DNA of 64,000 bases from the human T2T-CHM13v2.0 reference genome, Homo sapiens. The stretch lies in the NCBI RefSeq assembly GCF_009914755.1, contig NC_060936.1; one strand, 5' to 3'. The position numbers were made by a program, and so were the translations under genes. The notes beneath the pieces are model-generated. The model was not told the origin of the DNA and did not search any database. It saw nothing but the letters and a program-made list of their open reading frames with translations. This document shows positions 29,434-43,648 of the stretch, in pieces; position 1 is the first letter of the stretch; the number at the start of each line of letters is the position of its first letter.

Positions 29434-31639
29434 TCAGCATCACCATGGCGGGGCTGCCTCCCTCGCACCCCCAGAAACTCTCCTGCTTCCCTGGCCATCC
29501 CCTCCCCATCTTCTACCCGCAGGGGAAAGGATTCCCTTGAGAAAAAAGAGAGAAAGGGTCTCCTGTGCTGCTTCCTCACAGCAGGTCAGAGCTTGGCTTG
29601 GAGGAAGCTGAAACCCTTCAGAGAGGCTGGACCAAGCAGTGGACAACGGCTGGGGAGACAAGTAGAAGTTGTTTCTGTTTTCTTGGAGGCCAGGCTAATG
29701 GTGCAGTACATGGCTGGCATACAACAGGTGCTCGATAAGTGGTGGGTGAATAGAACAGATGCAAAGCTCAAGGATTCCAGAGGAGGCGTGGAGGGAATGA
29801 CAATTAGAGGTGGCTTTGAAGAGGAGGACTATTTGACTTGGGCTTTGAAGAATGCAGAGGAGTTTTCTGTGAGGAGAGGGGATTCAGGGTCATGAAGAAA
29901 AGCACGGAGGTAGGAAAGGGCATGGTGGGCTTAGCCCCACAAGCACCTCCTGATTAGGTACCATCATGAACCATGGCTCCACTCCTGTCAGCAACCCCAC
30001 AGGCAGGTGGTATGCTGCCTCTTGTAGGAGACGGAACTGAGGCACGGACAGGCAGGTCTGAAGTCACTCAGCTAAGAAGCGGTGGAGCCAGGATTCGAAC
30101 CCCAGTCACACCTAAGCCCACAGTCTTTCTGCTTTTTATGAAAGTCTCGGGTTCTAGGCAGAGAACTCCAAGGGGATCAATGGTGGCAGGAGAGGACGTG
30201 TGGGGCCCCTTGGCCCTCCAGGAAAAGAGCGAGGTTGGAATCCAGGCTGGCTTCCTCTGTCAGTCCCTCTGCTAGTCTAACCACTTGTCGATGAGCAGCC
30301 TTGCTCACAGATAAGGCTTGATTTGTACAGAGGCAGTGTAAAGAGGCTGTCCAAATCCCCTCCCTTTCCATGGCTCAAACACCTCCCCAAATAAACCACC
30401 CTGAGGCCCTTTACCTCCATTTATCCACAGGCTGTGAGCTCCCTGGAGCTCACAGCAGCGGCCTAGCCTTTTCTACTGAGACCTCCCCAGGGCTAGCACA
30501 GTGCCTGGCCCAGAGATGAAGACTTGGTTTCCCTCTGCGTGTTCCTGGGTGAGCGATTTCACCTCTCTGAGCCTGTTTCTTCAATCTCGTCCCTCCCAAA
30601 TCAATTCAAACATTGAACCCGTTTCTCATCATCTCCACGGCTGCACCCCAATCCAAGTACCTCTCAGCCCCTCACTAGAGACCCCCCTCCCACCAAGGGA
30701 TCCCTCTAAAACATGTGCGTCAGATCCACCACTCCCTAAGAAAGCCCCAAGTTCCTCTGGAGGCATCACTGGAGCTGGCCCACCTCCCCCTGCTCAAGAC
30801 CTTTGCACCGGCAGCACCCAGATCTCCCTCTCCCTCTACCTCTGAGCTCCAATGCCACCCCACCCCCTGGCACTTTTTATTACCCACACTGCCGCAGGCC
30901 TTTCTTTGTGTGGGATGTTGTCTCACTCACTGCTGTGTCCCTGGCCTTAGCACACTGCCTGGTGCCTAGCAAGTGCTTGTGAAATATCCCAGAAAGGGGA
31001 ATGAGCGGACGGAGCAAGGGTGAGAGAGAGACGGCAGAGCCTGCCCCATGGTGAGCGTGCAGAAGGTGCGGGAGGTGCCCACCTGCCTGCCACCTGAGAG
31101 CCTCAAGGCCTTGCAGCTCTACCCATCATTGTTAATCATGAAAAGGGAGAGGGGGACAGGGTGGGCTGGGGTGGTGGGGGCTGGCGGCCCGGGGCTCGGA
31201 CTCCGGCTTCCACTCCTTCCTTGTGACCTCCTAGACACTCTTGGTTTCCTTATAATCGCCAGCCCTGGAGGTGCACAATGGCCTCTGGAAATTGAATTTG
31301 TGGGCAGGTAATAGGAACTGGAAAATAGAACGCAACAAAACAGGGCCCACAGGCGATCACTGACGCCCCTCCCATCTGCTAATATGAGTTGGGGATGGCA
31401 GCTCACTCCTGGGGCAGGGTCCCTGCCTTCCTGGGCCAGGCCTGGCCTGGGGTCTAAGGGATGGCCAGCGGTGGCGGCATGGGACTTTTTCTTCTCTCCC
31501 ACATCCTGACAACTTGGAGGGACTGGCGAGGGGCGAGTTCTAGCCCCATCCATTGTGTCGGCTCAACCTGTAAGATAGAGCTGGACTTGGGGTGCTTCTT
31601 CCCCATGCTCCTGCACCCCTGGGCCGTGCCACCATTGCC

Positions 31640-32235
31640 TCTGGCTTCCTCTGCCCTCCTCCCAGGAGTCTGGTCTCAAACGGCAGCCAGAGGGAGCTTG
31701 TTAAATCCTCCATCACGGCATGCTGTTCCTTTGCTCAAGCCTCCAGGGGCACCATCTCACCTGGGGAAAAGCTAAAGCTGTCACGTCGGCTGCCAGGGCT
31801 ACTGAGCAGGCCCTGCCACCTCTCTGCTTCCCTCCCACTCTGCTCAGGCACTCGGGCCCCTTGCTGGCTCCTGGCTTCCAGCACTCCCACCTCAGGGCCT
31901 TGCACCTGCTGTTCCTTTGGTCTGGAATGCTCTTCCTCCACGGAGCCACTCAGGGGCCTTACCTTTTCAGTGAAGCTTCCCTCCTTATTTAAAATTCCAA
32001 GTCCTCCAGAGTGCCCTGATGTACACTTCCTAATCCCTTTCCTGTCCACTTCCCCCACAGCATGTCTCCCGGTCTCACTGTGTGTCATGTTTCCACTTTA
32101 TTATCTGTCTTCCTGGCTGGAACATCTGCTCTAGGAGGGCAGGGGTTTCTGCCTGTTTTGTCCACTGTTCCATTCCCAATGCCCAGAACTGTGCCTGGCA
32201 CATAGTAGATGCTCAATAAATGTGTGCTGAGCGAC
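31640..32235 (+). mobile_element. L2 3' fragment
   Basis: tgctgttcctttggtctggaatgctcttcc...gtgcctggcacatagtagatgctcaataaat. Confidence 0.75.
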
Positions 32236-34829
32236 TGAGGGAGTGAATGACAGGGAAAATTGAGGGTCAAGTAGTGTAGGTTGCTGAAGGACAAACAGCA
32301 GCTGAGACGAGGCCAAGAGCAGTTGTTCAGAGCCTTCATCCATGCTCTCATCCCCTCACATGACGGAGACACCTGCAGCACCTGCTCTGGGTCGGGCATG
32401 GTGGGGAACAAGCCTGGCTTGGCCCCACCTAAGGCTTTCTGGTCTGGCAGGGGGAGATGGAGAAAGAACCAGATAGTTGTGCCTCAATTTCTAACCTGTA
32501 AAATGGAAATACTAGGGGTTGTGGTGAGGCTGAAATGAGTAAAAAGGGCAATGCCCAGCCCCTGGCTCAGTCGATGGTGCTGAGACCAACACCTGTGTTA
32601 CTATTATTGATAGGAAAGGTGTTGACTTCGTGTCTCTCTTGGTCTTTGGGGCAGTGAGCACTCATGGGGCGGGGGCTCTTACGCGGAGCCTGGCTTTGCG
32701 GCCTTGATGAACCAAAACATCTCATTCCTTTACCTGCCAACTATGTACTCATGTATCATAAGCCAGCCTCCGTGCTCCTGGGCCTGGCATATCTGCCAGG
32801 GTTCAGGCTGGGCCCCCAACTGCCCCCTGGAGGACATGTCAGGCCCCAAGTTCCCACCGAATGACACCCCGCACCTCCCGCTGGCCCTGCTTCCTTGAGG
32901 AGCACCCTGTTTGCAGCGAACAGCTGCTGAAATCCCACTTCCCCGACATCAAAAGCCTCAGTGGGTTTTCACCAAACAAACATAATGCAGAACCGGAGAA
33001 AGGTGTAAAATAAATAAACGAAACAAGCTGTGCATTTTCTTTCAGTATTACAGCTGCACCCGAAGATAAACAACAAGTGAATGTCACCAAACATCAATAC
33101 CCGAGAAATTAACTTGACAAAAAGCTCAGCCATCCCCCGACAACCCCCCAGTCCTGCCCCCCTCCCCACCAACCTCCAACCACCATTTTTGCATTTCTGG
33201 AGTTCCCACCTAATGATTTTATTTTTCAATTAATTCCTTGACAGAATGCCAGCCTGTGTCTCTCCCTTCCCTGGCTGGCGCTGTCGGCCCTGCATGGGAG
33301 GCGCAGGCAGGCAGGGAGAAAGGCGCAGGCAGGGAGAAAGGGCGGGGGGGCGGGGGGGTGCGTCGGGAGGACAAGAGAAAGCGCTTCTTGGGGTTTTGTT
33401 CTGGAAGCAGACGTTGAGGAAAGGCAAGCCGGGGGAGAAGAGCGTGGCTGATAAGGGGAGAAGGGAGTTCTGAAAGGAACCCTGGGATGAGGCAGGCGTG
33501 AACAGTCCGGGGAGGGGAAAAGCACTGGGCCAGGAAGCCCAGGGCTGGATTCTGAGTGGAGAGGCCTGAGGTACAGGGTGGAGGGTGCTAGATGCAGGGT
33601 GCTGGGTGGGTGAGCTGCCAGGATCAAACCCTGCTGCTCCTGGCTGGGCAACCTTGGGTAAGTTGCTTCACCTCTCTGGGCTCCTCTCAGTTTCTGCAGT
33701 TACTGAATGGTGATGAAATCTACACGCCTAGGGTGTGTGAGGGTATTAAAAGAATGAATATATGTATGTAAGGCCCTCACAATAGTGCCTAGCACACGGC
33801 AAGCTGTCAATATAGGTTGGTCATTCTTACTGCTGTTGATGGAATCTGTTACTGAGAGCACGAGGGTGGGCTGCTCCCCTCCTCTATAACACGATGATAG
33901 CAACAGCAGCTCTCGACTCTGTCTCAAAAAAAAAAAAAAAAAAAAAAGTGACCAATGGGATGGAGCAGGGCCTCCCACTGTGGGCCCACAGAAGAGTGTC
34001 TGGATTTGCTGACATGATTTGCCATGAATACAGAAATCAGTGACTAATGTTCAAAAACAGGGAGATGCTACATAAGAATCTGCACCTCTCGTTTCTCTTG
34101 AACCTGGAATGGCTAACCTGTGAGTGTGGCAGACCTGTCCCCTCCCTGCCTACAGGTAACTGATGAGGCTGTGCACTAGCTGCCCCTGGAGACACGCAGC
34201 CTCACTTATGGGGGCTTTTCTTCCTGTTCCTGGAGGCTCCTGAGTTGCTACTTCCCGAGACACAGGATAGGCAAGGCTTCCACAAACTCCGCTAAGTCGG
34301 AGACAGAACTGATTCCAAGAGGCCGGGGTGAAGGGCAGGGGGCGGGGGCACAGGTGGGCGAGGGGAGGAAGGAGGTTGGGGCAGAGTGTGGAGGCCAGAA
34401 TGAGGCTCCACAATCTTCAGACTCAGTGGTGTGCAGTCCTAGGCTGCTGGGGGACACCAGCCACCTGTAGCTCCCACCCTTGGGGAGTATGAGGGTGCCA
34501 TGATGTGGGTACCGCAGGGGGGCTGGGCACCCGGGGGCTGGCCTGGCTTGGGAGGCTGCCTGCTCTGGAAGGCTGGCTGAACCAGACCCCCACCCTCAGC
34601 TGCTGGTGCCTCTGCATGGGTCTCTCCCTGTCCTCCCTGGCTTCATATCTTGCAGCCCCCACGGGCAGAGCTCTCCTACCCAGATAGGTCTGCATCTCAG
34701 GGCTCTGTGTACAGCAGGCACACATCAGGTACGCACAGAATAAAGGGTACTCTTCAGGAGACTGGCCTGGCTCCTAAGACCAAGCCAATGTCCCTTTATT
34801 GATACAGGAGGCTGTTTTAGGGCTGTGCC

Positions 34830-35106
<277 letters not shown>

Positions 35107-36065
35107 AGTTGTGCCTTTTTAAAACACAGCGAGTCCTTCTAAGAACTAGGTATGATCTGAGAGGGTCCTTGTGCAGAGCGGGTGGGCAGGAGCCTGGGCC
35201 GCAGACTGGCCTCTGCCACTGTGGGACTCCCAGGAGCTGCTAAGCTCCTTACCTCAGTGTTCCCACCTGTTAAACGGGGACGGTGCCTGCTCTGCTTATC
35301 TCATGGGGACCGTAAGGATTCCTGCCTTCAGTCACTCTTAGCAAGCATGACCCAGCATATTCTATGTGCCAGGAATGATGCTGGGGATATGGCAGTGAAC
35401 AAAACTCCACAGGATAAACTAAACCACCAGCCATGGGGGCCACACTGGGGCTCAGGGTGGACAGGACGAGGTGGGACCTGAGTGCTGCCACTTGGTGGTC
35501 CCAGCCTTCTCTGAGTTACCAAAGTTACTCTTCTGCAGACAGGACACAGTAGTAGCACCCACCACAGGGGATTTGATGAGATAAAGCATGAGAGCACTTA
35601 GCCCAGGGCCCGGCCCGTTGAGGTGCCAGGCAAACATGAAAGCTAACAATCAAAGGGTCCTGTGAGGCCACCCCAGAGGACAGGCAGTGCCCAGCAAAGG
35701 GGAAATCCAGCTGCCCAAGATAAGGCCAAGGGGCGAGCCGCAGGGACCACTCCTCAGGCGCCTGCTGGCTCTAAGCAGCAGGCTGGCTCTGGACTTTCCT
35801 ACAGAAATTCCACCAGCTAGGCAACATCATTGTCCCACTTTTCAGATGAGGAAGCAGCCGCACTAGGACTCTGAAGAGTCAAGTGGTCACACTTTCCAAG
35901 CAGGACCTTGAGCTCAGATAGGGTTGGCTCCAGCCTTACTGGCACAGCATAGCAAAGCCTGCCCCGCAGAGGGGGACACTAGCCCAGCCTCCCTAGGATG
36001 GGGGTCTCAACAGGAAAAGCATGAACAGACCCAGGCTATGTAGCAGCAATTTCCTTTTCAAAGGC

Positions 36066-36165
36066 CATTGGTTCTCAATCCAGCTGTCTGGTAGCATCAG
36101 CTAGGAACCCACTGATGCCTGGATCCTACCTCCAGAGGTTCTGATGCAAATGGCCTGGGGTGAGC
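36066..36165. mobile_element. MER5A-type fragment
   Basis: tggttctcaa...gatgcctggatcctacctccagaggttctgat...ctggggtg. Confidence 0.6.
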
Positions 36166-36396
36166 ACGGGATATGATGACTGCTATGATGACTGATGTTA
36201 TTAATCTTGGTGCTGAGGACCTGGGCTCCCTGAGTGGCTGGAGAGTGGGTCGGTGGGTGGAGTAACTTCCCTCTGTGCTCTGGGTGTCTTGTGTGTGTGC
36301 AGAATTCTATGACTGGCCACGCACAACCCCATACACAGGGGCTGGTGAAGGTGCTGCAGCCCTGATACCCATGGAGTTACCCTGAGCTAGGGCTGC

Positions 36397-36417
36397 GGGG
36401 GGGGGGGGGGGGGGGGG
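36397..36417 (+). repeat. Poly-G run (21 nt)
   Basis: Read directly. Confidence 0.95.
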
Positions 36418-37976
36418 TGGGCTATGCCTGGGGGCTTCTAGACTTGGTCCCACATGTTTGTATTAGTTACAGATACTGGCAGACCTGTGCGGCTGGGAAG
36501 CAAGGGGAGTGTCCCGGTGAGGGTGACTCACTGCAGAGGGAAAAGGGAAAAAGAACCAGGAAAGGTGGGAAGGCATCCCCTACTCCTCTGCCTCAGGTCT
36601 GGAGGAATCCCCCAAGTCTTAGGGTTTGGTCCACATTAGTTACTGATCTCTTTTCTTTTGGCATAGGCCCTGGGTTGGAAAGCAGAGGCTGAAAGGGAGC
36701 AGCTGGTAACATCTCATAGGGCCAAGGTATAGTGGTGTCTGTACCAGGCTGTGTAAGTGCAAAGGCTCGAGGGTCCAGATAGGAATATGATGGCATCAAA
36801 CAGTCCAGGGGGTCGGGGGAGACTACAGGGAGGGCTATGCATTGTGCGTAAGGGGAAGCCCAGCCTTCGTATAAACGTGCAGCCATTCCTTGGGCCTGGT
36901 GCCCTGTGGGAATGTGGAACCAGGCTGGCCAAATCTGATTTTTCAGAAGAGGTCAGAATCTTGATTTTCAGGTCAAATCTTCCAGTAGGAAAATAGTGAT
37001 GATTCATTCAAAACCATTGTTTTCATAACTGGTAGGCAAAATAAAGATCTAATTTCAGCCGACAACTTGCCAGTGTGGTCTCTGCTCTTTTCTCTCTCTC
37101 CTCTCTGTCTACAAAACCCCACTACTTTCATTTGTGGTCATGAAGCAGTAATAAAAACCTTGTCTGTGTGTTTTCCTTGGGTTTCTCCAGGCTGGGCCAG
37201 CCTACAGTTCAGAAATAAAACTGGCCACCCCCTACCACCAGCTACAACCCTGGAGGGAAACCCACCCTTCCTCCTGTCCCTGTTTCTAGCACTGTGGTCC
37301 CCAAGTCCCCAAACCCTCGTCCAATCCCGGCCCAGCCCCTGCCCCTCCCAAGTCGCTCTGAAATTCTCCTTCTGTCAGTTTAATTCCGTGATCGATGAGG
37401 AAGAGCACGAGAAATGGCCCGGCACAGCTGGCTTCCCCGTTAGCCCTAGCAGGGATTCCTGGCCTTGCTGGCGACGGCTGAGTGAAATGTTTGCGGAACA
37501 CAGAGAACACAAGTCAATAACAATTTAGCTGGATTGGGAGCAAGTACCTTCCCCACACGGACAGCCGCTCCCGGGGGAAGGGGAAGAGAGTGTGCGGGAT
37601 ATTGCCGAAGCACTTGGAATTATTTCCAAAACACCGCCCAGCGAGGCTCAGGCGTGGGGAGTGGAAGGAAGTAGGAGGGGGTGACTGGGCGATACCTGCT
37701 CCAGCTGGCCTCCAGGACCCCCAGCCTCCCTGCACTGCTGCAGGGAGAAGGATCTTGCTCTCTGATCATGGCTCCCTGCATGGCCAGCCATGTGCACCAC
37801 TTGGGCGCACACTTGGGAACTGCCTTGACCGAAAGAATTCCCTCTCCTTGATTTTTCTCCTCTGGATTCAGCCTCCAGCAGCTGAGATAGCCAGGGGTGT
37901 GAGAAAGAGTGGGTTTCCCAGGCAACCTCAACCTCTCCTGGAACCACTTCCCAACATGACCAGGAGCTGGAGATAG

Positions 37977-38318
<342 letters not shown>

Positions 38319-39564
38319 TAAAGTGATCATTTCAAAGAGGTCAGGGATAAATCACCCACATATTCCCACACCCCACCCAGTCTCGGCCTTTCCTGTCAGG
38401 ACCCGCTATGGCAATCCGGGACAGTTTCCCTCTTTGCCCGCCTCCTGCTTAGGCCTTCAACACCTCTGGAGGAAGGGCTGCTACAGTCAAGTCTTCAGGA
38501 GAAAGCAAGAAGGACCCAGGTGAAGGAATGAAAATGGGAAGCTTACAGAAAACCTCTGTCTCCAGGTGGATGGAAGGAACCACGACCAAAGGATATTTTG
38601 AATAACAAATTCTGTGGCTTCACATCTTTGCTTGAACTTTCCTGACTGTGAGTTTTAAAGCCCGATGATTATGTTTTCATGGGCAAGATCAAGGTGGCCT
38701 ATTCGCAAAGGCTGACGTGGGGATAACGGGCTCTCTTGGTCTCCAGTCTTTTGAAAATGTACTGTCCTGTGAATGATTAAGTTATGGAAGTGGGGAGGGG
38801 GGGTTAACTCTTGCAGGCTTTAAATATCATCTGTCTGCTGATGACTTCCAAATTTATATCTCAGCCCAGACTTCGCCCCTGAGCTCCCAACTCATAGATC
38901 TATCTGCCTGACATCGAGGGGAGTCCTAATAGGTGTCTCAACTTCAACACGTTCAGAACACCCCCGCCCAGCCACCTGTTCTTCCCAGCTTCCTGGGCCT
39001 CTGCTCACCATGCAGCACCACCATCCCGTGAGTGGCTTGGAGCAAAAACCTATGCACCAGTTTTGATTTTTCTCCTGCCTTCCAGAAGCAAGTCTGGCTG
39101 GCTCTACCTTTACCCAAAATGCTCAATCCACCTGCTTCCCCACCTCCACAGCCTCTGCTCCATGGCCCTTATTGGCCTGGATGGGACCTCTGCCCTCCAT
39201 TCTTGCCCCTCTACAATGCAGGGGATGAGGTCTGACAGTGTGAATTGGGTCTTGAGACTCTTCTCTTCAAATCTTCTGGGAGCTTCCCACTGCACCTTGA
39301 ATACAAGCTGGGCTTCCTGCCAGGCCAGACAAGGCCCCAGGAGGAAACCCTGCTGGCTTCTCTGCCTGCTTTGAACACACTCTGACCCCAGGACCTTGGC
39401 ACCCATGGCTTCTGCTACCTGGGATGGTTCTCCCCAGATCCTTGGCTAGTTGGTCCCTTTGAATCACACAGAAATGCTGACTTGGCAGAAAGACTTTCCA
39501 ACCATCATATTTGGAATCGCTCCTTCCCCTCTCTGGTGGTCCTGAAGAGCTCATTAGGCTATCC

Positions 39565-40000
<436 letters not shown>

Positions 40001-40287
40001 TGAGGGAGGACTTTCTCTTTTGTACACTGCTTTGCCCTCAGTGCCTAGAGCACGGCTTGCTAATAAGGTCATCAGTGAAGAACTGTTGAATGAATGAATG
40101 AATGAATGAATGGGGCCTCCTATCCAGGGAAGCTGGAGATCTAAGCACAGGACTCCAGGTGCAGGGCACTGGGGGTGCAGTTATGAGGCCTCTAGAGTTA
40201 TATGCTCTGAGAAAGTGGGGAGTCACCATGGGAGGAACTAGCCACCCCTGGCTTTTGGATAAAATAAGGGCAGCCACTTCAGAAGCC

Positions 40288-40490
40288 CTAGGGGCTGCAA
40301 GGCCTTTCTTTGAAGAGCCAGAAAGTAAATACTTTAGGCTTGGTGGGCCATAGGGTCTCTGTCACAACCGCTCAGCTTTGTCCTTGCAGGGGAAGAAAGT
40401 AGCCCTAGACGATATATGAACAAATGGGCATGCCTGTGTTCCAATACAACTTTATTTATAAAAACAGATTGTAGGCTGTGGTTTGCAACT
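40288..40490 (+). mobile_element. MER58-type MITE
   Basis: gccagaaagtaaatactttaggctt...tgttccaatacaactttattt. Confidence 0.7.
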
Positions 40491-42598
40491 GCTGCTGTAG
40501 CTGGATCAGGAGCCCAGATCCAATAAAGAGAGGGCAATTTGGGATTTAGGAGGTGCTGAGGATACAGGGTACGATGGAACACCCAGGTATAGACATTAAC
40601 TACAGTTCTGCAGTGTCCAGACCGGTATGCCTTCAGACCGGGAACTAACTGCTCTGGGTCTTGGTTTGTGCTTCAGTAAAATGGAAGCAACACTGTTCTT
40701 AAGGGAGCTGTGAGCCTGAAATGAGACTGAGTTACGTAAAACCACCTGATATCACTCTCTGCACATGGTAGGTCCATGACAAAGCTTTCTTGCCCTCTTT
40801 CTTTCCTTTCCCTCTGATTTGATCTTTATAAGAACTTACATGATTGCCTTTTCAGACCAGCGGTGCTTCGAAGCACCCAGTCAGGAATATCTGGCTTCGA
40901 CCACACAGGGCTCCAGTGCCGACCGCACACCTGGCTAAGTGTGGGGCTTGGAGCACATTAGCCAGCTTTTCTGAGCCCGGCTTCCTTCCTTGTGGGGTGA
41001 CTGTGAAGATGAACTGAGTTAACGCTCACACAGTGTCCAGCACCTGTTAGATGCTCAATTAAATTCTAATCATCATTCTGATGATTAGGTTCTTATGTAT
41101 GTTCATTTTTTCACCCCACAAATGGTCACTGAGTGCCTCCTCTCTGTTAGATGTGGGGCCCAGGCAGGTTGGTCAAAGGGCCTTGTACCCCCGCAAAGGA
41201 TAAAGTGTCACACGGAGAAGGATCTTAATTGCACACGTGAGCACCTGACGGCAGGCTGTGGTACTCGAGGAGGACCAGGGGAGGGGCATGACAAGGGAAT
41301 CACGAAAAGGAGAGGTGTGGGGGAAAAGCTGCATCTTTGACACTCTGGCTGGGAGGCAGTGGGGGCCGGGGTCAGTGGGGGCTGCCGGGACCAGGGCTCT
41401 AGCAAGCAGGCTCCTTCCCTGCTCCTCGCGAGGCTGGGAGGGTGACTGTTTGCTGGAGGCCGGCGACCCATGGGGACAGCCACCCGTCTGTGCCGGAAGA
41501 GCACTTCTCCGGGCACTCTGCTCATAGATCTCCCGCCCCAGCCCAACCTGGCTTGGGCAGGCGGGGGAAGGCCCCACTGCCAGCCACTCGCCATGCTGGT
41601 CATGTCTGCGCTCCCAGCTCTGGAGGTGAAAGGTAGAGACGCTAACCACAGCCCATCAGTCCTCCCCAGCTGGAATAAGACAACATGGGAAGCAGAGCCA
41701 CGCTCCCAGCCAAATAAAAGCCTGTTTGCCCAGCCTCCCTGGCTGTGAGTGCTGTAAAACACAGGGTTCTGCGCACGGATTTCTTCCATACCATTATATT
41801 CTCTCGGCTGCGCTCGCAGGTACTGTGGCCTGCCGCGGCCCTGAAAGCTTCTCGATGCCGTGACCCTGCTGGTTTGTAACACGCTCAGGAAGAAAAGGAC
41901 ACAGCCAGCGGCGGACTTTCCTCTTTCTTCCCTCCTTGCTCTCTCTTTTCAAACTCCCACATGCAAGGCAGTGAAGAATAGCACTTCACCTACCACGGGG
42001 CTGCTGCGCTGGAGATGAGAAACCTGATTCTTGGCCAGCAAGGAAGGGAGGGAGGTGCGGGGCAGTGGGCAGGGGCAGGAAGAGGACAGGGGAGATGGGG
42101 AGGGCAGTTTGGTGGAAAACGTCTGTCTTGCTATTCCCTTTTGAAAGCATCTCTGTCTGGTGTCCAGGTCTTTGCCTACTCAGGCCAACTTTTACAATGA
42201 CTTTCAAAGCCCTGTCCTTCGCTGTTCAATTTGACAGGTGTTTTGCAAGCATCAACTTGCAAGGAAAAATATAATGCCCTGCCATTATACAGGGACAATG
42301 GATAAAATGAAGGCTTCCGCTTGGTGGGGAGGGGCTGGGGGGTTTACAACAAGTTTCTTTTGTCTGCCAATAAGGAACCTGGATAAGCAGAGAGCTCGAG
42401 TCTGGGCGTGGAGCATAATGAGTTACTGTAACTGACTTGGAAGGCAGGACATTAAGATTGCTGCTTGAGCAGTGAGTCCTCCTCCTTCTCCTCATGGCAC
42501 CTGGGCACTAATAAGCTCCTACTAGGTGCCAGGCTCTGTGCTATGCCATGGAGACAAGGGAGAACAGGTGGCATCTGTGGCCAGATATAAACATCCTA

Positions 42599-42816
42599 TC
42601 CCAAGCAATGCTTATGTGTCAGGCATACCTGTCCTCCTACTTACTACATACATACACACACACACACACACGTGTCCCAAGCAATGCTTATGTGTCAGGC
42701 ATACCTGTCCTCCTACTTACTACATACACACCCCCCCCCCACATACACACACACACACACACACACGTGTCCCAAGCAATGCTTATGTGTCAGGCATACC
42801 TGTCCTCCTACTTACT

Positions 42817-42859
<43 letters not shown>

Positions 42860-43068
42860 CCAAGCAATGCTTATGTGTCAGGCATACCTATCCCCCTACT
42901 TACTACATACATACATACATACATACATACATACACACACACGTCCCAAGCAATGCTTCTGTGTCAGGTATACCCATCCTCCTACTTAATATACACACAC
43001 AGACACACACACAGACACACACACACACTCTCACGTGCTACTGCCCAGGCTTATAACCCATCCTCCTA

Positions 43069-43113
<45 letters not shown>

Positions 43114-43134
43114 TGCTACTGCCCAGGCTTATAA
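42599..43134 (+). repeat. Compound minisatellite: 53-bp core x5 with variable (CA)n/(CATA)n spacers, then a 22-bp unit x2
   Basis: Core TCCCAAGCAATGCTTATGTGTCAGGCATACCTGTCCTCCTACTTACTACATAC starts at 42599, 42675, 42770, 42858 and 42944. Confidence 0.95.
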
Positions 43135-43648
43135 ACACCAGGGCTCATCTCTGTGTCTTGGTCCTTTGCCCAGAGAGCATCCTCCCTTAGCCTGGCCTGA
43201 CTGGAATGCAAAGAAAGTGGGAGTATTTTTGGCAACTCAGAAAAGGAAGAGTGAGTGCCCCGAAGGACCATGAGGCCCCTCAACAATCCTATTTGTTGAC
43301 TGCACGTGATGTGCCAGGAGCTGTGCGCCATCTCCTTTACAGGCATCCTTCCCTTGGAGCCCCACCGTTTCCCTAACGAGGTGGGCGCTGTGGCCCCATC
43401 GTACCAATGACGGAGCTGAGGCAGAGCGACTTGCCTGAGGTCACAGAACGGGTATGAGGACACATTCAGGTAAAATGCAAGGGGCAGCCGCTCAGATCAG
43501 CTGATACAAATACTCGGTACAGCAGGATGGTGGAAAACACAGGTTTGAATCCTGGCTCTGTGGTCAGTAGCTGGGTGCCCTTGGGCAAGTTACTTGCCCT
43601 CTCTGTGCCTTAGTTTTCTCATATTTAAAACAGAGGATTGCGACAGTA

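Noticed and set aside
35483-35500. CTCF-like sites (for example GACCACCAAGTGGCAGCA on -)
   Set aside because: Mismatch at a near-invariant position; it cannot be supported without ChIP data.
42526-43069. Repetitive His/Thr-rich ORFs
   Set aside because: Translation of the minisatellite.
42599-43134. CRISPR-like repeat-spacer array
   Set aside because: The spacers are CA/CATA microsatellites rather than unique sequence, the context is a primate intron and there are no cas genes.
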